Assembly: GCA_031423015.1 (NCBI GenBank) | Contig: JANPER010000046.1 | Span: forward strand, 12,647 to 76,646 | Direction: 5' to 3' | Source of the DNA: Planctomycetota bacterium | Lineage (GTDB): Bacteria > Planctomycetota > UBA1135 > UBA2386 | Length of the DNA: 64,000 bases | In this document: in pieces, positions 9,009 to 16,340 of the stretch | Layout of the letters: every line of letters begins with the position of its first letter | How positions within the stretch are numbered: the stretch's first letter is position 1 | Made by a program: the position numbers and the translations under genes | Notes under the pieces: model-generated | What the model was told of the DNA's origin: nothing | Database searches by the model: none | What the model saw: only the letters and a program-made list of their open reading frames with translations

Positions 9009-9610
9009 GGCGTACCCTCCAGGAGCGCGGCGAGGCGGGCCAGCGCACGACTCAACTGCACGCGCACGGCACCGTCGCTTTGGCCAGTTTGTTCGGCGAT
9101 CTCGGCCGAACTCAGCCCGACGACACGCGACAAGAGCACCACCTCACGGTAGGTCTCGGGCAACGCATCGATGGCGGTCTCGATCCGTGTGACACCCTCG
9201 CGCGCCACCAATTCCTGGGTCGGCGACAGCATGGTGCCGTAGGCATGCCCCAAGGCGGCATCGCCCGCGGTGCCTTGCACCTCGCGGCGCACGTCGCGCT
9301 TGCCGGCGATCAGCACGTTCTTGTGGTTGCGGATCTTGTTGAGGGCAAGCGCGAACAGCCAGTTGCGGAACGAGCCCTCGTTGCGCCATTCGAACTGGCC
9401 GAGGCTCTGCAGCGCCTGCCGGCACGCAGTCTGCACCAGGTCAGAATCCGCCTCGCGCGCGCGCAGCACCTGATCGGAGCGCAGCCGCACGAACGCCCGC
9501 AGCACCGGCAAGTAGCGGCGAATCAACGCATCGGCGGCGCCCCCGTCGCCGTCTTGCGCCGCGGCGACGAGCTGCTGGGTCGGGGCCTCGACCGGGGATT
9601 CGCGCGTCAT
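9005..9610 (-). CDS. ECF-family RNA polymerase sigma factor
   Basis: 201-aa ORF; region 2 (ALIRRYLPVLRAFVRLR, DLVQTACRQALQSLGQFEWRNEGSFRNWLFALALN) and region 4 (LPETYREVVLLSRVVGLSSAEIAEQTGQSDGAVRVQLSRALARL). Confidence 0.8.
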   Translation of the reverse strand: MTRESPVEAPTQQLVAAAQDGDGGAADALIRRYLPVLRAFVRLRSDQVLRAREADSDLVQTACRQALQSLGQFEWRNEGSFRNWLFALALNKIRNHKNVLIAGKRDVRREVQGTAGDAALGHAYGTMLSPTQELVAREGVTRIETAIDALPETYREVVLLSRVVGLSSAEIAEQTGQSDGAVRVQLSRALARLAALLEGTP

Positions 9611-9615
9611 GGGCT

Positions 9616-9664
9616 CGGAACTGTAACAACGAGGGCCGCGCGCGAATCACTCTGTGTGGTCTAG
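9616..9664 (+). promoter_or_regulatory. conserved 49-nt promoter-region block CGGAACTGTAACAACGAGGGCCGCGCGCGAATCACTCTGTGTGGTCTAG (candidate ECF-type -35 GGAAC)
   Basis: perfectly identical in both duplicate copies (9616..9664 and 11425..11473) although the adjacent coding sequence has diverged ~8 % and suffered a deletion; lies upstream of plus-strand genes 9786 and 11540. Confidence 0.35.
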
Positions 9665-9785
9665 GCCGGGGCAAACCATTGGTGCCGGTTCTGTTACAGT
9701 GCTGTCACCCGCGATTCCAACCCTTCGAGTTGCACGAGAAGACAGTGCCTCGAGGCAGCATCTCTTAACAGCACGGAGCATTGTC

Positions 9786-11006
9786 ATGTCGCCCTGGCAT
9801 CACCTCGTCGTAGGTTTCGGAGTGGTCGCGACCGCCGCCGCGCAGCGCACTTGGATCGTCGATGCTGCCAATGGGCCGGGAACCCATTTCACCGACATCC
9901 CGCCGGCGGTGGCCGCAGCGGTCGATGGCGACACCCTGCTGGTGCGCTCCGGCACCTACACCCCGTTCACGACCAACAAGGGGATCGCTGTGCTCGGGAC
10001 GCCCTCCGCGCTGGTGCAGACGCCGTCGTTCTTCCCCGGGATCATGGTGTCTGGGCTGCCAGCGGGCGCCGTGTTTCGCGCGCGTGGGCTGGTGCTCGGC
10101 GGCACGATCTCGCAGACGATGTCGCTGAACAGCAACGAGGGTGCCGTGCATTTGGAAGCGATCGAGTCGGCGGGTGGGCCGTTCCCACAGCCCAACGCCG
10201 CGATCGGCATAAGCTCGAGTCGGTTGGTGACCATCGTCGATTGCGGGCAACGATCGATTCTCGCCGTCAACGTTGCCAGCTCGCGCGTCAGCATCGTCCA
10301 TAGTCAGCTGCGCGGTCGATCGGCATTCAGCGATCCCCGCGCTGGCTCGTGGCCGGCCACGTCCGCACTCAGCATGGCGAGTGGCAGTGTGGTCGATGTC
10401 GCCGACTGCACCCTGCTCGGCGGCCGGGGTGCCTCGATTTGGCCGCACGTGGGCACCTACTGGTCGAGCGCGCCGGCGATCAACCTCAGCAACCTGTTTG
10501 GCGATCCGACCCTGCGGTTGCGTGCGGGAACCGTCGGCTCCGCGAGTTCTGGAATCGGGATCAACCCGGCAACGCCGATGTCGGCCATCGCGGGCATCGG
10601 CGTGGCGCAGGTCGACAGCCGCGTGGCCCTCGCCTCGTACGCCGGCGCGCCCCTGATAGACCCGGGTGTGCGGGCGACGATCGGTTTGGTGCCCGGCTTG
10701 AGCCTGGTCGGCGGCGGGTTGGGGAGCAATCTCGTGCTCACGCACCACGGGCAAGCCAATCAACCCTGTTTGGCGGGGCTCGGCGTGGTCGGCACGGTGC
10801 TGTCCTTCCCGTTTGGCGATCTGGTCCTCGACCTTGCCACCATGCAGACGCTCCCGCTCGTGTTCGCCGACGGCAGCGGCGTCGCAACCTGGACCGTGCC
10901 GCTGCCGAACAATCCCACGCTGGCTGGGGCAGCGTTCACCTGGCAGGTGGGCAGCGACGCAGGTGGACTGATGTTGTCGAATGCGGTGAGCGTGATCTTG
11001 CGCTGA
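9786..11006 (+). CDS. secreted protein, predicted right-handed parallel beta-helix (pectate-lyase-like fold)
   Basis: internal ATG of ORF 9654..11006 giving signal-like MSPWHHLVVGFGVVATAAAQ; GDTLLVRSGTYTP motif and Gly/Ser/Val-rich repeats; sits between the two copies of the duplication. Confidence 0.5.
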   Translation: MSPWHHLVVGFGVVATAAAQRTWIVDAANGPGTHFTDIPPAVAAAVDGDTLLVRSGTYTPFTTNKGIAVLGTPSALVQTPSFFPGIMVSGLPAGAVFRARGLVLGGTISQTMSLNSNEGAVHLEAIESAGGPFPQPNAAIGISSSRLVTIVDCGQRSILAVNVASSRVSIVHSQLRGRSAFSDPRAGSWPATSALSMASGSVVDVADCTLLGGRGASIWPHVGTYWSSAPAINLSNLFGDPTLRLRAGTVGSASSGIGINPATPMSAIAGIGVAQVDSRVALASYAGAPLIDPGVRATIGLVPGLSLVGGGLGSNLVLTHHGQANQPCLAGLGVVGTVLSFPFGDLVLDLATMQTLPLVFADGSGVATWTVPLPNNPTLAGAAFTWQVGSDAGGLMLSNAVSVILR

Positions 11007-11096
11007 CGCGCTGGCCACCGGCGCTGTCGACGCTAGCCGAAGGGGCGCTCCATGAGGGGAAACATGCGTCGCGGGAGGGTAGGGAAGTTCGTGTCA

Positions 11097-11413
11097 CGAC
11101 CAGGCCGCGCGTGCACGCGGCACTCACGGCGTCCCCTCCGGCAGCGCGGCGAGGCGGGCCAGCGCCCGACTCAACTGCACGCGCACGGCACGGTCGGTTT
11201 GGCCGGTCTGCTCGGCGATCTCGACCGAACTCAGCCCGACGACACGCGACAAGAGCACCACTTCACGGTAGGTCTCTGGCAACGCATCGATGACGACATC
11301 GATCCGTGTGACACCCTCACGCGCCACCAATTCCTGCATCGGCGGCACCCCCGTCGCCGTCTTGCGCCGCGGCGACGAGCTGCTGGGTCGGGGCCTCGAC
11401 CGGAGATTCTCGC
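11097..11413 (-). pseudogene. degraded duplicate of the 9005..9610 sigma gene plus the first ~30 nt of its downstream gene
   Basis: ~92 % identical to 8976..9223 then jumps to the equivalent of 9527; start region reads MMRESPVEAPTQQLVAAAQDGDGGAADAGIGGA-stop, remainder (MPPMQELVAREGVTRIDVVIDALPETYREVVLLSRVVGLSS...) in another frame. Confidence 0.7.
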
Positions 11414-11424
11414 ATCATGGCGCC

Positions 11425-11473
11425 CGGAACTGTAACAACGAGGGCCGCGCGCGAATCACTCTGTGTGGTCTAG
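11425..11473 (+). promoter_or_regulatory. second copy of the conserved promoter-region block, 67 nt upstream of the kinase ORF
   Basis: identical 49-mer to 9616..9664. Confidence 0.35.
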
Positions 11474-11539
11474 CAGCCGGGGCAAACCATGGTGCCGGTG
11501 CCATCGTCGCCGCCCTGACCCCGAGCCGCGCCGCGGCTT

Positions 11540-14353
11540 GTGGCACAATGGCCCTCTCGCGTTCCTGCCATGACTCGCTCCTACTCGCCGCCTCCCGAAG
11601 CTGACGCCCTCGGGCCCCTGGACCGGGTCGAAGAACTGCTCGGGGAGTGTCTCGCCGAACCGCAAGCGCAGTGGCCCGCGGCGATCGAGCGCCTGTGCGA
11701 CCGGCATCCAACCGAAGCCCTGGCCCTGCGCCGGCGCTTCGCGGCACTGCAGCGCGCCGGCTTGATGCACGAGCCGGGCAGCCAAGCGAGCGACCTGGCT
11801 CTGGTGCGCGCGTTGGCGCAAGACCAGCCGGAGATCGCCGCCGCGCTGGCCGACGCGGCCGGAGTCGACCGATCGTCGGTGCACGGCCTGCCGACGCCAA
11901 CCGACGCACGGCTCGGTACCACGCTGAGCAAACGCTACCGGCTCGTCGCGCGCATCGGCGCGGGCGCGATGGGCGTGGTCTATCGCAGCCACGACGAAGA
12001 GCTGCGCCGCGAGGTCGCCGTCAAGCTGCTCGACGCCGGCCAAGTCGTCGACCCCAAGGCGGAAGCGCGCTTCCTGCAAGAAGCCGAGCTGCTCGCGGGC
12101 CTGCGCCACGACGCGATCGTGACCCTGCACGACCGCGGACGCAGCGAGCGCGGCGAGTTGTTCTTGGTGATGGAACTGCTCGATGGCGTGCCGCTCACCC
12201 GCGTGCTGCAGGCCATCGACGGCGTGTCGACTGCGGGTCACTTGGCGGCGGTGCGAGAAGTGCTCGCGGCTCGTGAAGCGGGCCAAGACGCGCCACCGGC
12301 CGGGAACGGCAAGGCGTTGCCCGAGTCGAGCGTGGTGCGCCTGATCGCGCGCTGGGGCGCCGAACTCGCCGAGGGCCTCGCGGTGGCCCACGCGGCCGGT
12401 GTTCTGCACCGCGACATCAAGCCGTCGAACGTGTTCGTGCGGCGCGACGGCCGCGCGGTGTTGCTCGACTTTGGCATTGCCACGCGAGGTGGCGACCTCA
12501 CGGCGGCTGGCACCGTGCTCGGCACGCCGTGGTACATGGCGCCCGAGCAGGCCACCGCGCAGGGCAAGCTGACACCGGCGCTCGACGTGTACGGGTTGTC
12601 GTCGTGCCTCTATCACCTGTTGTCTGGTCGCCCGCCGTTCGAGGGTGATCCGCTGGCGGTGTTGGCGCGCATCGCCAGGGACGACCCGCCGCGGTTGTCG
12701 GCGGTCAAGCCCGACCTGGCGCGCGACCTGCGAGCCATCGTCGAGACCGGCATGGCGCGCGCGCCGCGCGATCGCTACGCCAGCATGGTTGCGTTGGCTA
12801 GCGATCTGCGCGCGTTCCTCGAACACCGCCCGATCACTGCGCGACCGCTGTCGAGCGTGGGACGGCTGTGGCGAAGCGCCAAGCGTCGGCCAGCCCGCGC
12901 CGCCCTGATCGCTGCCGCCTTGGTGATCGCGACGCTCTCGCTCGGGCTCCAGGCCGCCCGCGCGCGTGAGGCTGCGCGCAGCAAGGTGGCGCGCAAGACC
13001 GAACTCATGGCGCGCTTGCCGGAGACTCTGGCGTTCGAAGGCCTGCCTGAGCAACGGCTGCTCGCCAGCGTGCGGCCGGAGCACACGGGGTTCCTGGCTG
13101 AACTCGACGAGATCGTCGCGCTCGACCCTGACGACCTGCCGCCGCTGCTGTGGCGGGCGGCGCTGCGCCTCGATGAGGGTCAACACGAAGCCGCGGCCCA
13201 AGACCTGGCGCACGCCGCGCAACGCGCGCCGACGCCCTACTTGGCCGCGGTCGCCGCGCGCTATCAACGCGCGGCGCGCGACCGCCGGGGCACCGAGTCG
13301 ATCGACCTCGCGAACATCGACGCCACGCCGAACACGCCCGCAGATTGCTTCGTCGCCGGCTTCCATGAGCTGCGCAACCGCCACATCGAGGGCTTTGCCA
13401 AGCGGGCCGACGAGCTGCTCACGCGCGCCGCCGAAGCGTACCCCCCGGCGCGCGACCTGCGCCTCGTGGCCTTGGTGGCACGGGGCGACTACGAGGATCC
13501 GCTGTACTTCATCACCGCGGTCAACGAGTCGCTGCGGCTCGAAGGCGTATACGGGCGAGGCACGGCGCGCACGTATGCGCTGCGTGGCGCGGCGCTCGCC
13601 GCCATGGGGCGCAACAAGGAGGCGTTGGCGCCGTTGCAGAAGGCGCTCGAAATGCGGCCCGGCCGCCACTCGCCGCTGCAGAACCTCGCCGTGGTGCATC
13701 GCGCGCTCGGCAACACTGAGCTAGCCAAGAAGTACATCGACGCGGCCTACGCGGCGCGACCGTACTTCTGGAACACGACGTTCCTGCGCGCGCAGATCAT
13801 GTCGGATGCTGGCGAGTTCGCTGCCGCTTGTGAGCTGGTCGCAGGCATCGACGAGAGCGATGCGCCCGACCTCGCATGGCGCAAGCCGTACCTGCTGGCC
13901 ACCATCGGCACCGAAGAGGTGGCCACGCTCTACCGTCGCGGCGCCACCGCGGCCGAACGCGAGGCCGTTGCCGCGCGCGCGTTCACCCACCTGGACACCG
14001 TCTGCGCACACCCGAGCGCGCCGGATGGCTACAAGCAACGCGCGGCCAATCGCCGCGCCATCATCCAGGCGCTCCTGCACCACGACGACGAGGGCGCCAG
14101 CATCCGTTTCCTTCGGCAGCTGACCGAGGTCCCAAACGATGCCGCGGCGCTGCGCAACCTCGCGGCCTTGTTGCCCGAGCGCAACCTGTCGGAACGCGCG
14201 ATCGCCCACCTGCGGCTGTTCCTGGCAACCTTGGCGCACCTGAGCGCCGTGCAGGACAACCGGCAACAGCTGGTGCGCGACGATGCGCGCAAGCGCGTCA
14301 ATCAACTCGAATCCACCGATACCTCAACCTCCACCGAAAGCAGAATCAAATGA
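11540..14353 (+). CDS. serine/threonine protein kinase with C-terminal TPR-repeat region
   Basis: 937-aa ORF (alternative ATG at 11570); kinase subdomains GAGAMGVVYRS, AVKLL, HRDIKPSNVFV, DFGIA, GTPWYMAPE; C-terminal half with TPR-like helical repeats. Confidence 0.8.
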   Translation: MAQWPSRVPAMTRSYSPPPEADALGPLDRVEELLGECLAEPQAQWPAAIERLCDRHPTEALALRRRFAALQRAGLMHEPGSQASDLALVRALAQDQPEIAAALADAAGVDRSSVHGLPTPTDARLGTTLSKRYRLVARIGAGAMGVVYRSHDEELRREVAVKLLDAGQVVDPKAEARFLQEAELLAGLRHDAIVTLHDRGRSERGELFLVMELLDGVPLTRVLQAIDGVSTAGHLAAVREVLAAREAGQDAPPAGNGKALPESSVVRLIARWGAELAEGLAVAHAAGVLHRDIKPSNVFVRRDGRAVLLDFGIATRGGDLTAAGTVLGTPWYMAPEQATAQGKLTPALDVYGLSSCLYHLLSGRPPFEGDPLAVLARIARDDPPRLSAVKPDLARDLRAIVETGMARAPRDRYASMVALASDLRAFLEHRPITARPLSSVGRLWRSAKRRPARAALIAAALVIATLSLGLQAARAREAARSKVARKTELMARLPETLAFEGLPEQRLLASVRPEHTGFLAELDEIVALDPDDLPPLLWRAALRLDEGQHEAAAQDLAHAAQRAPTPYLAAVAARYQRAARDRRGTESIDLANIDATPNTPADCFVAGFHELRNRHIEGFAKRADELLTRAAEAYPPARDLRLVALVARGDYEDPLYFITAVNESLRLEGVYGRGTARTYALRGAALAAMGRNKEALAPLQKALEMRPGRHSPLQNLAVVHRALGNTELAKKYIDAAYAARPYFWNTTFLRAQIMSDAGEFAAACELVAGIDESDAPDLAWRKPYLLATIGTEEVATLYRRGATAAEREAVAARAFTHLDTVCAHPSAPDGYKQRAANRRAIIQALLHHDDEGASIRFLRQLTEVPNDAAALRNLAALLPERNLSERAIAHLRLFLATLAHLSAVQDNRQQLVRDDARKRVNQLESTDTSTSTESRIK

Positions 14354-15855
14354 AGGTCCTCCCGCTCCTGGCAGCTCCCTTGGTCGCGATGGCGCTGCCG
14401 GCCCAGTGCCAACAATCGATGCCGCCGTTCGCTGGCACGCCGATGTTCTTCTCGCTCGACGGTCCAACCGCGCCTGCGGGCACCGCCCTGGCACTCTTCA
14501 AGTGCGAGGGCTTCACCAACGTGCCGCCGGCGCCATGGACGGCAGCGTTCGCGCCCGACTTCAACCTCGACGTAGTGTTCCGCAACCTGCTGACGTCGAC
14601 CTGCAGCGTGGGCCCGACGGCGGCGCTTCCCGACGTCGATGCGGTGAGCATCGGCCTCGACTGGATCTTGTCCGACCACAACGGCATGGTGGACGTGCCG
14701 TTGAATCGTTGGGGTGCGCTGACCTTCACCGTGTCGCGCGATTCGTTAGGACGTGCCGGTTCGCCCATTCGAGTGGAGGCCGACAAGCCCGAGGGCCCGG
14801 GCACCGACGTGTTCAGCTACGTATTGCCACAGAGCAGGCTGCCAGGCCACCTCGTCGGCAGGACGCTGCGCGCTCAGGACGGCCCCGAGATCGGCCTCGC
14901 GCCGGCGCGGACGACGATCGACGCGCTCGATCAGTTCATCCCGCTGTACCGCAGCGACGCGGTCATCCGCGGGCTGCTCAGACCGGATCCGACCCTGTAC
15001 TTCTCGGTCACCAACGCGACGTTGCTTCGAGTGCCGGCGTCTTGGTGGGCCGGCACGCCGCCCAGCGGCGCCACCATCCTGCGCACCACCTGGGACGTCG
15101 GCCGGGGCAAGTGGGGCTGCGTGCAGCCATGGCGCACCTACGCCGCGATCGCCGGCATCAACTTCGGTGGCCTCGGCCTGACGCAATGCGAGGACATCGA
15201 TGGCCTAGCGCTCGACATCGCACGCAGCCACATCCTCATCTCGACCGCGGTCGTGACCAACGGCCGCTGCATCAACCGCCCGATCCAGATTCTCTACCGG
15301 TCGCTACTGACCGACGGTGATCCCCCACCGGTGCCTTACCTCACACAGACCGGCACCGAGGTGGCGACAGCGGCGGGCCTCATCGGCGGCGACGACGTGA
15401 AGGCGATCTGCTCGGTCGATCCGATCGCCCCGCTGCGCCAAACCGGAGGCGCGCCACCCAACGTCATCCGCCTGACCACGGGCACACCGTCGACGGTGCT
15501 CACCTTCCCCGGCATCGCGCATCGCCTCGAAGGCACGACGTTCCTGTCGTGCTGGCCCGGGGCCGGGCCCGCGCGCGTGCGGTCGTATGGCCTCGGTTGG
15601 CCGCGCGGCGAAGCGCCAGGCCTGATCGCTGCATTCTTGACCGTGCCCGGCAGCGGCTTGGCCCCGACGTTCCTCGTCGGCTACGCGCGCAACCCTGTGA
15701 GTCCGTTCTGTGGCGATCCGCGCGAGTGGGCGTTCGACGTGCCCGCTCCGTTGCGCATGTTGGTGCCGGCGCTTCGCTTCGAGGTCACTTGGGTTGGACT
15801 CGACTCAGCGACTGGAACGTTGGCACAAGCGTTCCCCGTCGGACTCGATCTGTAG
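14350..15855 (+). CDS. secreted hypothetical protein
   Basis: ATG 14350 overlaps the kinase stop (ATGA, translational coupling); signal peptide MKVLPLLAAPLVAMALPAQCQQ; no family recognised. Confidence 0.5.
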   Translation: MKVLPLLAAPLVAMALPAQCQQSMPPFAGTPMFFSLDGPTAPAGTALALFKCEGFTNVPPAPWTAAFAPDFNLDVVFRNLLTSTCSVGPTAALPDVDAVSIGLDWILSDHNGMVDVPLNRWGALTFTVSRDSLGRAGSPIRVEADKPEGPGTDVFSYVLPQSRLPGHLVGRTLRAQDGPEIGLAPARTTIDALDQFIPLYRSDAVIRGLLRPDPTLYFSVTNATLLRVPASWWAGTPPSGATILRTTWDVGRGKWGCVQPWRTYAAIAGINFGGLGLTQCEDIDGLALDIARSHILISTAVVTNGRCINRPIQILYRSLLTDGDPPPVPYLTQTGTEVATAAGLIGGDDVKAICSVDPIAPLRQTGGAPPNVIRLTTGTPSTVLTFPGIAHRLEGTTFLSCWPGAGPARVRSYGLGWPRGEAPGLIAAFLTVPGSGLAPTFLVGYARNPVSPFCGDPREWAFDVPAPLRMLVPALRFEVTWVGLDSATGTLAQAFPVGLDL

Positions 15856-16018
15856 CAGTGATCGTGGCAACGCGCGCGTGACATCGATCTCTGCTGCGCG
15901 TATCGTCTCGTGCGTCGTCGGCGGGTCAGCGCCAGGCGCGCGCAGCATGATCTGCGATGGCTTGGCGGAATCACAACCGGCGCTTTCGTTCGTTTCCACC
16001 TCTCACGAAGACACATTG

Positions 16019-16267
16019 ATGCCAAGTAAGCGCACCACCCACCGCAGCACGACCGGCAAGAAGCTCTACGCCGTCCGCGACACCGAAGGTCAGTTCAAGG
16101 ACATCCAGACCTTCGAGCGCGCGCACAGCCAAGACCTGAAGAGCACGAGCAAGACCGAAGCCGCCAGCGCTGCCACGAAGACCAAGAAGAAGGCGAAGAA
16201 GGCGGGCAAGAAGGCTGCCAAGAAGGCCACGAAGAAGGCCGCAAAGAAGTCGGCCCGCAAGGCCTGA
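16019..16267 (+). CDS. small lysine/alanine-rich histone-H1-tail-like protein
   Basis: internal ATG of ORF 15710..16267; MPSKRTTHRSTTGKKLYAVRDTEGQFKDIQTFERAHSQDLK followed by KKKAKKAGKKAAKKATKKAAKKSARKA. Confidence 0.5.
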   Translation: MPSKRTTHRSTTGKKLYAVRDTEGQFKDIQTFERAHSQDLKSTSKTEAASAATKTKKKAKKAGKKAAKKATKKAAKKSARKA

Positions 16268-16340
16268 GCGAGCGATTCCCCGCGCACGAGCGCGCTCTGC
16301 CTGCCTTGTTTGGCGGCGCCGCTCGTATCCTGCCGCCCCC

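Larger units (their letters stand above)
8976..9698. repeat. segmental duplication, intact copy (sigma gene + divergent promoter region)
   Basis: 8976..9223 and 9527..9698 recur at 11097..11498 (copy 2 lacks ~303 bp of the interior). Confidence 0.75.
11097..11498. repeat. segmental duplication, degraded copy
   Basis: see 8976..9698. Confidence 0.75.

Noticed and set aside
10936-11127. Small ORF MSAACTRGLVV... as a gene
   Set aside because: Only its first 10 residues resemble the start of 6600..9008. It is the truncated duplicate stub inside the degraded copy, not an independent gene.
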